Source of the DNA: Malacoraja senta | Lineage: Eukaryota | Length of the DNA stretch: 64,000 nucleotides | Direction of reading: 5' to 3' | Assembly: GCA_038087875.1 (NCBI GenBank) | Contig: JAXLNO010000051.1 | Location: forward strand, 434,001 to 498,000 | Part shown: positions 37,998-51,720 of the stretch, one piece after another | Layout of the letters: the number at the start of each line of letters is the position of its first letter | Position numbering within the stretch: the stretch's first letter is position 1 | Notes under the pieces: generated by a model | Databases searched by the model: none | Told to the model about the DNA's origin: nothing | The model's input: the letters and a program-made list of their open reading frames with translations, nothing else | Translations under genes and position numbers: made by a program

Positions 37998-38524
37998 TTT
38001 AAACTGTTATGCCAAGCCATTTATGTATATAAAGTAAATAAATGAGCTGGGTATCAATGTTGATTGGTTAAGTTTCATTTCGAGATACAGTGCGGAGACA
38101 GTCCCTTCCGCCCGCCGAATCCGCACCGAGGAAGGAACGGCAGATGCTGGTTTACACCGAAGATAGACACAAAAGCTGGAGTAATCCAGCGGGGCTCGCA
38201 GCATATCTGGAGAAAAGGTGACGTTTTGGTTCGAGACCCTTCTTCAGACTGAGAGGCAGGTGAAAGGGAAACGAGAGGTATGGGAAGGTACAGAACAAAT
38301 CAGGCCGAAACGATGGCCCAGGAAAGGTGGAGCCCACAATGGTCTATTGCTTGTCATGGAAGAGATACAAACAGGGAAACTGGCAAACAATAAAGTGGGG
38401 AGGAACAGAGAGAGGGAAAGCAATGGTTACTTGTTAGAGAAGGGAATGTTCATACCGCTGGGGTGTAAGCTGCCCAAGCGAAATATGAGGTGCTATTCTT
38501 CCAATTCAGTTATTTGTGACTATG

Positions 38525-39835
38525 AAACACCAGTATGTAGCTAGCTATCCAGTCTGTAGCCATGTAGCTAGCTACCTAGTTATCCAGTTGGTAGCTCACC
38601 CTCGGTAGCTACCTAGATGTCCAGCATGTAGATCACTCTAGCTAGCTACCTAGCTATCCAGTATGTAGCTCAGTTTTGCTATCGACCCAGCTATCCAGTA
38701 TGTAGCCATCTAGCTAGCTACCGAGTTATACAGGATGTAGCCATCTAGCTGGCTCAATTGTGATCATGTTTTGTCTTTCTGCTAACTGGTTAGCTCGCGA
38801 CTAAAACGTTTCACTGTACCTCGGTACACGTGAGAATAAATTAATGAGGGGGAAAGAATTATATGAGATTGTTACGTGGATTGGTGTAACAACACACCAG
38901 TTGTTGTTGTAAAGCTTCAGTTGTTGTTGCTCATATTGTATTGCTCCTTTGCAGGTGCTGTCCCCTTAATCTACCCTAAATTTAAAGATGCCTTCCCTAC
39001 TGCACCATTTAAAGGTGCCCTCCTCTAATTCATCATTTACAGATGCCCTCCTAATTCACAGTTTAAAGGTGCCCTCCTAATTCACCATTTAAAGTTGCCC
39101 TCCCCTAAGTCCCCCTCCCATTTACTTGCCCTACACTAAATCTACATTTAGAGGTGGCCTTCCCTAAACCCCCCCTATTGCTTGACACCCTCCCCTATAT
39201 GTAGCCATCAAGCTACCTAGTTTTCCAGTACGTTGCTCAGTCAAGCTATCTATCCAGCTATCCAAGTATGTAGCTCAATCTAGTTAGCTACCTAGCTATC
39301 CAGTATGTAGCTCAGTTTTGCTATCTCCCTAGCTATCCAGTATGAAGCCATTTAGCTAGCTACCAAGTTATACGGGATGTAGTCATCTAGGTGGCTCAAT
39401 TGTGATCATGTTTTGTCTTTCTGCTAACTGGTTAGCTCGCGTCTAAAGCTTTTCACTGTACCTCGGTACACGTGAGAATAAATTAATGAGTGGGAAAGAA
39501 TTATATGAGATTGTTACGTGGATTGGTGTAACAACACACCAGTTGTTGTTGTAAAGATTCAGTTGTTGTTGTTGCTCATATTGTATTGCTCCTTTACAGG
39601 TGCTCTCCCCTAAATCTACCCTAAATTTACAGATGCCTTCCCTACTGCACCATTTAAAGGTGCCCTCCCCTAATTCACCATTTACAGATGCCCTCCTAAT
39701 TCACAGTTTAAAGGTGCCCTCCCCTAAACCCCCTCCCATATACATGCCATACCTAAATCAACATTTACAGGTGCCCTTCCCTAAACCCCCCCTATTTCTA
39801 GGCACCCTCCCCTATATGTAGCCATCTAGCTAATA
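38525..39835. repeat. Mirror of the composite minisatellite duplication 21460-22805
   Basis: Reverse-complement blocks in mirrored order. Confidence 0.8.
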
Positions 39836-39850
39836 TTATGCATCCTGTAA

Positions 39851-42800
39851 TTTTACTTCGCACGTGAGTGACTACGTGAAGAAGACCCCGTCCGGGCGCA
39901 CACGTGTCATATCGTCAGACGCATAGCGGCAGCGACAGTGTTGGGAGGAGCAGAGCCCCTCCAAGTGGTGAATGCAAAAAGCCTGAAGGTAAGTGGTTTC
40001 ACTTTCGCTTTCAGTTCGCATTCTTCCCGGAGTCTCTGCGCTGTGTGCCAGACAAGTCTAATATGGAGAAAGTGCGAAAAGGCAATTGGAGGCGTACCGC
40101 AGGTGAACCTCAAAAGGACCGCGGGTCTGAGAGTAGCGGGCGCCCGATTAAAGGGTAGGTGGCAGAAACCCCAGCGACTGCAGAAACGGCAACTAAAAGT
40201 ACCATTGCAGCTCCATTAGGGCGCAAGGCCAAAAGAAAAACTGATCGGCCAGTAGACTCTGAAGACTCAGACCCGGAGGTTACCCCACCTCAGGAAGACA
40301 TTATGTCTACTCGGGTCGCTAACGTGGAATTCCTCATGGGGAAAATTATTTATCAGGACCCACTCCAGGAAGAGGTCAGTCCGGCTTTGGCCTACAGGAG
40401 AGCCAGCGCAGGGAGTGCCTGGAAAGGGTGGGGTTCAGCGTTGGCCTACAGGAGAGCCAGCGTCAGTAATGTCTCATGAAAGACAATATATGGTTTGGCC
40501 TACAGGAGAGCCAGCACCAGCAGTGTCTGAGGAAAGACAATTCATGCATTGGCCTACAGGAGAGCCGGCGCCACACCACCTAAAAAGGGCTGCCAATACG
40601 TGGGTCTACGGGAGAGCCCGCGAGGGGAGCACCTGCAAACGGGTTTACTATGCGTAGGCCTACGGGAGAGCCAGCGCTAGAAACACCTGAAGCAGGGATA
40701 CCAGATCAGCCCCACTATGAGGAGGAATTTCCAGGGCAGCAAGATTCGGATGATGAATCATACGAGGACCAAAGCCCAGTAACAGAGCCGAGAATACCAG
40801 GTCTGGCCCAAAAATTCTCCGTTCCCAGACTGAAAGGGGAACCTTTGGCAGAGGAAATAGCAATGACAATAAATTACTTGCTCTCCCATCAGCTGGAGGA
40901 ACTGACTAGGGACGAGACTGTCAAAAAATATGAAACCCCGCAGAATTGCGCACTGCTAGCAGTCCCAGCAGTAAATAATGTAATATGGGGCTATTTGGGC
41001 ATTACAGTACACGCACAAGAAATAAAATTACAGCGGGTGTTGAATTTGCTGGGGTCAGGTATTACGGCTTTTGCCAGAGACTTGGATGAGAACCACGTGT
41101 CTGTGTCACAACAGAATGCCTTAGCACTCATGTGTAATGCGCACTTTGAAATAAACTGTATTCGTAAAAGCGCTATAAGGCCTAACATACATCCTAAGTT
41201 TGCGGGACTCTGTAAACCAACTAATATTCAATTGCCTAATCTGCTTTTGGAGAGAATCTAGCCAAAAGGGTGAAAGAACTGAATGAAGAAGCAAAAGCCG
41301 TGGGAATGATAAAAACTACCGGTGTTCGAAGATATGTTCGAAGGCAATTACCCTACCGAAGGGCGGTGACTGGGGCCGGTGGTCATTCCCATATTCAAGA
41401 TGGTGGATGTGCAGGAGTGGGCGCCGTTTGTATGGCAGCCTGCCTGCAGTCCGTCGTCTAACTCTTTTCTTGTTTGAATATTTTTTATTTTTTTATTTTT
41501 TGGAGTCTATTCTTTCTATGTGGGGGGAAACTGTTTTAACCCCAGTCTTACCTGGTCGGAGATGCGGTTTTCCTCCGAATCGCGTCTCCGGTCTCCCCAT
41601 GCGGCCTTCCATCGGGCTGGAGCGGCGTTTCCTGCCGGGGACCACAGCTTCGGCGGCGCAGCGCTGGGACACCAACGGGGCGCGGGCGATGCCTTGTCGG
41701 GTCGACGCTCCGGAGTGCTGTGACCGCCGACCACCAACATCGAGCAGCCGCGGTCTGCGGTCTGCGGTCTGCGGTATGCGGTTTGAGGGCATCCCGCCGC
41801 GGGAACACCGCGGAGTCGAAGCTCCAACCGGCGCGGCCTGAAGTCCGCGGGCGTCGCAGTCTCCGGGGAAGGAGTGGCCGCTCCAGACATTTCCAAGCTG
41901 CTGAGGACTTTTCCCCCCGATGCGGGTGGGCAAAGAACATCCGGCTGCCGTTGCGGCGACTGGCTGCAGTGGCCTCAGACTGGCCCCGACCTCGGGAGGA
42001 CTAGGAGGAGGAGGGGGACTGGACATTTTAGTGCCTTCCCTCACAGTGGAGAGTGTAGATTCTACTGTGGGGGGGGGGTCGTATTGTCTAAAATCTCTTA
42101 TAGTGTGTTGTCATTTTTTTCTATCTCTTTTTACTATTTGTTTGGTTAGTAACTGTAAAGCACTTAAATCAATTGGAAAATGTGCTATATAAATAAACTT
42201 ATTATTATTATTATTATTATTATGCGCGTTATTGGCGCACTGGTCCTGGGACACGTGGAGGTTACAATGTTCCCACTAATAGCAGGGGACAACATTTGAC
42301 ACCAGCAAACCCTGAGGTAGGTGAGTCTAGTCCTGGAAGAAACATATTAAGTGTTTCACATTTGAAAGTCTGGGGGAAGGTTATAATTCTTCCTAAAAGA
42401 ATGGCAAAAAATAACATCTGATGCGTTTATACTGTGCAGTATTATGGGGTTCAGTATTGAATTTTACCCATATTTAGATCCTCCTAAACATGTTTCAAGT
42501 CGGACGTATTTTCTCAAAAGAAGAGAATATGGACATTCAAGCGGTACTAGAAATATTGTGTGGGAAAGGGGTCATTGAAAAGTCAGTTCACCAACAGCAC
42601 CAATTTGTGTCAAGCATTTTTCCTAGAGCAAAAAAGGATGGTGGCTGTAGAATTATTCTCGATCTGACAAGTCTTAACCCTTTTGTACAGTATAAACATT
42701 TTAAAATGGAGACATTTGCTAATGCTATACAGCTAATTTCAAGAAAATACTCTATGTCTAGCATAGATCTGCAAGATGCATATTACTCTGTGACTGTGCA

Positions 42801-43632
42801 TGGTAATGATCGAAGATACTTAAAGTTTAACTGGATGAGCCAATTATGGCAGTTTAAAGCATTGCCTAATGGGTTAACCTCAGCCCCTAGTCTATTTACG
42901 AAATTGTTAAAAACCAATCTTAGCATTGCTAAGAGCTCAGGGCTATTTGGTAAAGGCTTATTTGGATGATATTTTAATTGTGGGTAACACTCGGGCTACA
43001 ACAGAAGCATCTGTGTCAATAGTCAAGCTCAAATTTGAGAGACTGGAGTTTGTGATACATCCAGATAAATCCAAATTGTCACCAAGCATAGTAATTGATT
43101 ACTTGGGGTTCACTATTAATTCAGACCACATGATAGTGACTTTGCCCAAGGATAAAAAGCTGCAGTTAATTGAGGGTTGTATCAAGCTCATTACACAGCA
43201 TCAACCATCAATTAGGCAAGTGGCAAGCTTGCTTGGCAAACTAAATTGCTTCATTTCCAGCTGTGCAGTTTGGTCCACTGCATTATCAGCAACTGCAGTG
43301 AGCAAAGGTACAAGCGTTGAGGAGAAAATTATGGCATTTTGATAGACCCATGCAATTACCAGTAACAGCTATTACTGAAATACAATGGTGGCTCAGGAGT
43401 GTCTCATATGCTTCCAGGGAAATTCTGGTTGAAACACCTGCTATTATTCTGCAGGCTGAGGAGCTACTGATACTATTTCCAGGTGTGGAGGTAGATGGAA
43501 TTTGGAAGAAGTACCTTTGCTCCAAGCACATGGGATCAATAACCTAGAATTGTTAGGTACATTTTATGGGCTTAAAGCTTATTGCTCTAATGTGCCAAAC
43601 TTGCATGTAGAGGTTCAGATTGACAACACTAC
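39851..43632 (+). mobile_element. DIRS1-type element, 3'-truncated (mirror of 17646-21443), with nested retroposon at ~41394-42222
   Basis: Gag 40650..41261; RT 42490..42969 (KKDGGCRIILDL, SIDLQDAYY) and 42926..43342 (AYLDD). Confidence 0.88.
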
Positions 43633-44699
43633 GTTTCATCGCATTTCGCGTCCTGAATTTACGTCACTTTTCGTGTGCTGAATTTTTGTCACTTTTTGCA
43701 TGCTGAATTTTCCTCGCATTTCGCGTGCTTTATTTTCATCGCTTTTCGTGTCCTGAAGATTTGTCGCTTTTCACATGCTAAATTTTCATCGCATTTCGCA
43801 TGCTGAATTTTCATTGCATTTCGCATGCTGAATTTTTGGGGGTTTTCGCGAGCAGAATTTTCGTCACTTTTCGCATCCTGTAGATTTATCGCTTTTAGCG
43901 TGCTGAATTTTCGTCACTTTTCGTGTGCTGATTTTTCATCGCTTTTCACGTCCTGAAGGTTTGCCGCTTTTCGCGTGATGAATTTTTGTCACTTTTTGCG
44001 TGCTGAATTCTCGTTGGTTTTCGCGTGTTTCATTTTCATCACTTTTCACGTCCTGAAGATTGCTCTCTTTTCGCGTGCTGAATTTTCGTCGCTTTTCGAT
44101 TGCTGAACTTTCGTCACTCTTCGAGTGCTGAAATTTCGTTGCTTTTCTCGTTCTGAAATTTCGTCGCTTTATACGTCCTGAATTTTCATCATTTTCGCAT
44201 GCTGAATTTTCGTCGCTTTTCGTGTGCTGAAAATTCGTCACTTCACGTTATGAATTTTCGTCGCTTTTCACGTCCTGACGGTTCGTCGATTTTCGCATGC
44301 AGAATTTTCGTCGCTTTTCGTTTGCTGAATTTCCAGCGCTTTTCCTGTTCTGAAATCTCGTCACTTTTCGCAGGGTGAATTTTCGTCGCTTTTCGCATGC
44401 TGAATTTTCGTTGCTTTTCATGTGCTGAAATTTCGTCGCTTTGCACGTTCTGAAATTGCGTCGCTTTATGTGTCCTGATGTTTCGTCGCTTTTTGACATG
44501 CTGAATTTTTGTCGCTTTTGTGTGCTGAAATTTCGGCGATTTTCGTGTGCTGAAATTTCGTCGCTTTTCATGTTCTGAAATTTCATTGCTTTCTGCGTCC
44601 TGTAATTTTGTCGCTTTTCGCATGCTGAATTTTCGTCGCTTTACGTGTGCTGAAATGTTGTCGCTTTCCCTTTCTGAATTTTCGTCGCTTTTCACGTCC

Positions 44700-45977
44700 T
44701 GATGAGGGTAAAGCAGTGGATGTTGTCTATATGGACTTCAGTTAGGCCTTTGACAAGGTTCCTCATGGAAGGTTGGTTAAGAAGATTCAATTGTTGGGTA
44801 TTAATGGTGGAGTAGCAAGATGGATTCAACAGTGGCTGAATGGGAGATGCCAGAGAGTAATGGTGGATGGCTGTTTTTCAGGTTGGAGGCCGATGACTAG
44901 TGGGGTGCCTCAGGGGTCTGTGTTGGGTCCACTGTTGTTTGTCATGTACATCAATGATCTGGATGAAGGTGTGGAAAATTGGATTAGTAAGTATGCAGAT
45001 GATACTAAGGTAGGTGGTGTTGTGGATAATGAAGTAGATTTTCAAAGTCTACAGAGAGATTTAGGCCATTTGGAAGAGTGGGCTGGAAGATGGCAGATGG
45101 AATTTAATGCTGACAAATGTGAGGTGCTACATCTCGGCAGGACAAATCAAAATAGGACGTACACGGTAAATGATAGCGAATTGAGGAATGCAGTTGAACA
45201 GAGGGATATAGGAATAACTGTGCATAGTTCCCAGGAGGTGGAATCTCATGTAGATAGGGTGGTAAAGAAAGCTTTTGGTGTGCTGGCCTTTATAAATCAG
45301 AGCATTGAATATAGAAGTTGGGATGTAATGTTAAAATTGTACAAGGCATTGGTGAGGCCAATTCTGGAGTATGGAGTACAATTTTGGTCGCCTAATTATA
45401 GGAAGGATGTCAACAAAATAGAGAGAGTACAGAGGGGATTTACTAGAATGTTGCCTAGGTTTCAGCAACTAAGTTACAGAGACAGGTTGAACAAGTTAGG
45501 TCTTTATTCTTTGGAGCGCAGAAGGTTAAGAGGGGACTTGATAGAGGTCTTTAAAATTATGAGCGGGTTAGACAGAGTGGACGTGGATAAGCTTTTCCCA
45601 TTGAGAGTCGGGAAGATTCAAACAAGGGGGCATGACTTGAGAATTAAGGGACAGAAGTTTAGGGGGAACATTAGGGGGAACTTCTTTACTCAGAGAGTGG
45701 TAGCTGTGTGGAATGAGCTTCCAGTGGAAGTGGTGGAGGGAGGTTCGATGTTATCCTTTAAAAATAGATTGGATGGGTATATGGATGGGAAAGGAATGGA
45801 GGGTTATGTTCTGAGTGCAGGTAGATGGGACTAGGGGGAAATATTTATTTTTAATTTAAAATAAAAAAAATAAAAAAAATTACAAAAAAAAAAAATGTTC
45901 GGCACGGACTTGAAGGGCCGAGATGGCCTGTTTCCGTGCTGTTATGGTTATATTGTTATATGGTTATATGGTTATAT
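44700..45977 (+). mobile_element. 5'-truncated CR1 (RT C-terminal part + 3'UTR), copy 1
   Basis: [14 protein letters not shown]; (TATGGTTA)n tail; an in-frame TAG near 44743 that copies 2 and 3 lack. Confidence 0.93.
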
Positions 45978-47571
45978 GAAGGTTCGTCGATTTTTGCGTG
46001 CTGAATATTTGTCACTTTTCTCATGCTAAATTTTCTTTGCTTTTCGTGTGCTGAATTTTAGGCGCTTTTCACGTTCTGAAATTTCGTCACTTTTCATGTG
46101 CTGAATGTTCGTCACTTTTCACGAGCTGAATTTTCGTCACATTTCGCGTGCTGAATTTTCGTCGCTTTTCGCGTGCTGATTTTTCATCGCTTTTCACATC
46201 CTGAAGGTTCGTCGCTTTTCGAATGCTGAATTTTCGTCGCATTTCGCATGCTGAATTTTCCTCCTTTTTCGCGTGCTGAATTTTCGTTGGTTTTCGCGTG
46301 CGGAATTTTCGTTAATTTCCGCATCCTGAAGGTTTGTCGCTTTTCACGTGCTGAATTTTCGTCACTTTTTGCGTGCTGAATTTTTGTTGGATTTCGCATG
46401 CCTCATTTTCATCGGTTTTCACGTCCTGAAGGTCCCTCTATTTTCGTGTGCTGAATTTTCGTCGCTTTTCGCTTGCTGAATTTTCGTCGGTTTTCACGTG
46501 CTTCATTTTCATTGCTTTTCGCATGCTGAATTTTCGTCGCTTTACGTGTGCTGAAATGTTGTCACTTTCCCTTTCTGAATTTTCGTCGCTTTTCACGTCC
46601 TGAAGGTTCGTCGATTTTTGCGTGCTGAATTTTTGTCACTTTTCTCATGCTAAATTTTCTTTGCTTTTCGTGTGCTGAATTTTAGGCGCTTTTCACGTTC
46701 TGAAATTTCGTCACTTTTCGTGTGCTGAATGTTCGTCACTTTTCACGAGCTGAAGTTTCGTCACATTTCGCGTGCTGAATTTTCGTCGCTTTTCGTGTGC
46801 TGATTTTTCATCGCTTTTCACGTCCTGAAGGTTTGCCGCTTTTCGCGTGATGAATTTTTGTCACTTTTTGCGTGCTGAATTCTCGTTGGTTTTCACGTGT
46901 TTCATTTTCATCACTTTTCACGTCCTGAAGATTGCTCTCTTTTCGCGTGCTGAATTTTCGTCGCTTTTCGATTGCTGAACTTTCGTCACTCTTCGAGTGC
47001 TGATATTTCGTTGCTTTTCTCGTTCTGAAATTTCGTCGCTTTATGCGTCCTGAATTTTCATCATTTTCGCATGCTGAATTTTCGTCGCTTTTCGTGTGCT
47101 GAAAATTCGTCACTTCACGTTATGAATTTTCGTCACTTTTCACGTCCTGACGGTTCGTCGATTTTCGCATGCAGAATTTTCGTCGCTTTTCGTTTGATGA
47201 ATTTCCAGCGCTTTTCCTGTTCTGAAATCTCGTCACTTTTCGCAGGGTGAATTTTCGTCGCTTTTCGCATGCTGAATTTTCGTTGCTTTTCATGTGCTGA
47301 AATTTCGTCGCTTTGCACGTTCTGAAATTGCGTCGCTTAATGTGTCCTGATGTTTCGTCGCTTTTTGACATGCTGAATTTTTGTCGTTTTTGTGTGCTGA
47401 AATTTCGGCGATTTTCGTGTGCTGAAATTTCGTCGCTTTTCATGTTCTGAAATTTCATTGCTTTCTGCGTCCTGTAATTTTGTCGCTTTTCGCATGCTGA
47501 ATTTTCGTCGCTTTACGAGTGCTGAAATGTTGTCCCTTTCCCTTTCTGAATTTTCGTCGCTTTTCACGTCC

Positions 47572-48848
47572 TGATGAGGGTAAAGCAGTGGATGTTGTCT
47601 ATATGGACTTCAGTAAGGCCTTTGACAAGGTTCCTCATGGAAGGTTGGTTAAGAAGATTCAATTGTTGGGTATTAATGGTGGAGTAGCAAGATGGATTCA
47701 ACAGTGGCTGAATGGGAGATGCCAGAGAGTAATGGTGGATGGCTGTTTGTCAGGTTCGAGGCCGGTGACTAGTGGGGTGCCTCAGGGGTCTGTGTTGGGT
47801 CCACTGTTGTTTGTCATGTACATCAATGATCTGGATGAAGGTGTGGAAAATTGGATAAGTAAGTATGCAGATGATACTAAGGTAGGTGGTGTTGTGGATA
47901 ATGAAGTAGATTTTCAAAGTCTACAGAGAGATTTAGGCCATTTGGAAGAGTGGGCTGGAAGATGGCAGATGGAATTTAATGCTGACAAATGTGAGGTGCT
48001 ACATCTCGGCAGGACAAATCAAAATAGGACGTACACGGTAAATGATAGCGAATTGAGGAATGCAGTTGAACAGAGGGATATAGGAATAACTGTGCATAGT
48101 TCCCTGAAGGTGGAATCTCATGTAGATAGGGTGGTAAAGAAAGCTTTTGGTGTGCTGGCCTTTATAAATCAGAGCATTGAATATAGAAGTTGGGATGTAA
48201 TGTTAAAATTGTACAAGGCATTGGTGAGGCCAATTCTGGAGTATGGAGTACAATTTTGGTCGCCTAATTATAGGAAGGATGTCAACAAAATAGAGAGAGT
48301 ACAGAGGAGATTTACTAGAATGTTGCCTGGGTTTCAGCAACTAAGTTACAGAGACAGGTTGAACAAGTTAGGTCTTTATTCTTTGGAGCGCAGAAGGTTA
48401 AGAGGGGACTTGATAGAGGTCTTTAAAATTATGAGCGGGTTAGACAGAGTGGACGTGGATAAGCTTTTCCCATTGAGAGTAGGGAAGATTCAAACAAGGG
48501 GGCATGACTTGAGAATTAAGGGACAGAAGTTTAGGGGGAACATTAGGGGGAACTTCTTTACTCAGAGAGTGGTAGCTGTGTGGAATGAGCTTCCAGTGGA
48601 AGTGGTGGAGGCAGGTTCGATGTTATCCTTTAAAAATAGATTGGATGGGTATATGGACGGGAAAGGAATGGAGGGTTATGTTCTGAGTGCAGGTAGATGG
48701 GACTAGGGGGAAGTATTTATTTTTAATTTAAAATTTAAAAAAAAAAAAAAAATTTAAAAAAAAAAATGTTCGGCATGGACTTGAAGGGCCAAGATGGCCT
48801 GTTTCCGTGCTGTTATGGTTATATTGTTATATGGTTATATGGTTATAT
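47572..48848 (+). mobile_element. 5'-truncated CR1, copy 2
   Basis: Open RT frame to 48706; same junctions as copy 1. Confidence 0.93.
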
Positions 48849-50442
48849 GAAGGTTCGTCGATTTTTGCGTGCTGAATATTTGTCACTTTTCTCATGCTAA
48901 ATTTTCTTTGCTTTTCGTGTGCTGAATTTTCTTTGCTTTTCACGTTCTGAAATTTCGTCACTTTTCATGTGCTGAATGTTCGTCACTTTTCACGAGCTGA
49001 ATTTTCGTCACATTTCGCGTGCTGAATTTTCGTCGCTTTTCGCGTGCTGATTTTTCATCGCTTTTCACATCCTGAAGGTTCGTCGCTTTTCGAATGCTGA
49101 ATTTTCGTCGCATTTTGCATGCTGAATTTTCCTCCTTTTTCGCGTGCTGAATTTTCGTTGGTTTTCGCGTGCGGAATTTTCGTTAATTTCCGCATCCTGA
49201 AGGTTTGTCGCTTTTCACGTGCTGAATTTTCGTCACTTTTTGCGTGCTGAATTTTTGTTGGATTTCGCATGCCTCATTTTCATCGGTTTTCACGTCCTGA
49301 AGGTCCCTCTATTTTCGTGTGCTGAATTTTCGTCGCTTTTCGCTTGCTGAATTTTCGTCGGTTTTCACGTGCTTCATTTTCATTGCTTTTCGCATGCTGA
49401 ATTTTCGTCGCTTTACGTGTGCTGAAATGTTGTCGCTTTCCCTTTCTGAATTTTCGTCGCTTTTCACGTCCTGAAGGTTCGTCGATTTTTGCGTGCTGAA
49501 TTTTTGTCACTTTTCTCATGCTAAATTTTCTTTGCTTTTCGTGTGCTGAATTTTAGGCGCTTTTCACGTTCTGAAATTTCGTCACTTTTCGTGTGCTGAA
49601 TGTTCGTCACTTTTCACGAGCTGAAGTTTCGTCACATTTCGCGTGCTGAATTTTCGTCGCTTTTCGTGTGCTGATTTGTCATCGCTTTTCACGTCCTGAA
49701 GGTTTGCCGCTTTTCGCGTGATGAATTTTTGTCACTTTTTGCATGCTGAATTCTCGTTGGTTTTCGCGTGTTTCATTTTCATCACTTTTCACGTCGTGAA
49801 GATTGCTCTCTTTTCGCGTGCTGAATTTTCGTCGCTTTTCGATTGCTGAACTTTCGTCACTCTTCGAGTGCTGAAATTTCGTTGCTTTGCTCGTTCTGAA
49901 ATTTCGTCGCTTTATGCGTCCTGAATTTTCATCATTTTCGCATGCTGAATTTTCGTCGCTTTTCGTGTGCTGAAAATTCGTCACTTCACGTTATGAATTT
50001 TCGTCGCTTTTCACGTCCTGACGGTTCGTCGATTTTCGCATGCAGAATTTTCGTCGCTTTTCGTTTGCTGAATTTCCAGCGCTTTTCATGTTCTGAAATC
50101 TCGTCACTTTTCGTGGGGTGAATTTTCGTCGCTTTTCGCATGCTGAATTTTCGTTGCTTTTCATGTGCTGAAATTTCGTCGCTTTGCACGTTCTGAAATT
50201 GCGTCGCTTTATGTGTCCTGATGTTTGGTCGCTTTTTGACATGCTGAATTTTTGTCGCTTTTGTGTGCTGAAATTTCGGCGATTTTCGTGTGCTGAAATT
50301 TCATCGCTTTTCATGTTCTAAAATTTCATTGCTTTCTGCGTCCTGTAATTTTGTCGCTTTTCGCATGCTGAATTTTCGTCGCTTTACGTGTGCTGAAATG
50401 TTGTCGCTTTCCCTTTCTGAATTTTCGTCGCTTTTCACGTCC

Positions 50443-51720
50443 TGATGAGGGTAAAGCAGTGGATGTTGTCTATATGGACTTCAGTAAGGCCTTTGACAAG
50501 GTTCCTCATGGAAGGTTGGTTAAGAAGATTCAATTGTTGGGTATTAATGGTGGAGTAGCAAGATGGATTCAACAGTGGCTGAATGGGAGATGCCAGAGAG
50601 TAATGGTGGATGGCTGTTTGTCAGGTTGGAGGCCGGTGACTAGTGGGGTGCCTCAGGGGTCTGTGTTGGGTCCACTGTTGTTTGTCATGTACATCAATGA
50701 TCTGGATGAAGGTGTGGAAAATTGGATTAGTAAGTATGCAGATGATACTAAGGTAGGTGGTGTTGTGGATAATGAAGTAGATTTTCAAAGTCTACAGAGA
50801 GATTTAGGCCATTTGGAAGAGTGGGCTGGAAGATGGCAGATTGAATTTAATGCTGACAAATGTGAGGTGCTACATCTCGGCAGGACAAATCAAAATAGGA
50901 CGTACACGGTAAATGATAGCGAATTGAGGAATGCAGTTGAACAGAGGGATATAGGAATAACTGTGCATAGTTCCCTGAAGGTGGAATCTCATGTAGATAG
51001 GGTGGTAAAGAAAGCTTTTGGTGTGCTGGCCTTTATAAATCAGAGCATTGAATATAGAAGTTGGGATGTAATGTTAAAATTGTACAAGGCATTGGTGAGG
51101 CCAATTCTGGAGTATGGAGTACAATTTTGGTCGCCTAATTATAGGAAGGATGTCAACAAAATAGAGAGAGTACAGAGGAGATTTACTAGAATGTTGCCTG
51201 GGTTTCAGCAACTAAGTTACAGAGACAGGTTGAACAAGTTAGGTCTTTATTCTTTGGAGCGCAGAAGGTTAAGAGGGGACTTGATAGAGGTCTTTAAAAT
51301 TATGAGCGGGTTAGACAGAGTGGACGTGGATAAGCTTTTCCCATTGAGAGTAGGGAAGATTCAAACAAGGGGGCATGACTTGAGAATTAAGGGACAGAAA
51401 TTTAGGGGGAACATTAGGGGGAACTTCTTTACTCAGAGAGTGGTAGCTGTGTGGAATGAGCTTCCAGTGGAAGTGGTGGAGGCAGGTTCGATGTTATCCT
51501 TTAAAAATAGATTGGATGGGTATATGGACGGGAAAGGAATGGAGGGTTATGTTCTGAGTGCAGGTAGATGGGACTAGGGGGAAGTATTTATTTTTAATTT
51601 AAAATTTAAAAAAAAAAAAAAAAAATTTAAAAAAAAAATGTTCGGCACGGACTTGAAGGGCCAAGATGGCCTGTTTCCGTGCTGTTATGGTTATATTGTT
51701 ATATGGTTATATGGTTATAT
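50443..51720 (+). mobile_element. 5'-truncated CR1, copy 3
   Basis: Open RT frame to 51577; same junctions as copy 1. Confidence 0.93.

Noticed and set aside
40388..40680. CRISPR array
   Set aside because: Eukaryotic context, no cas genes, linkers 2 and 3 are related to each other, and the period is mostly 54 bp inside a gag frame.
47519..51577. Two 395-aa ORFs as a novel or domesticated RT gene
   Set aside because: Non-ATG start inside satellite read in frame into a 5'-truncated CR1; similarity reflects recent tandem duplication.
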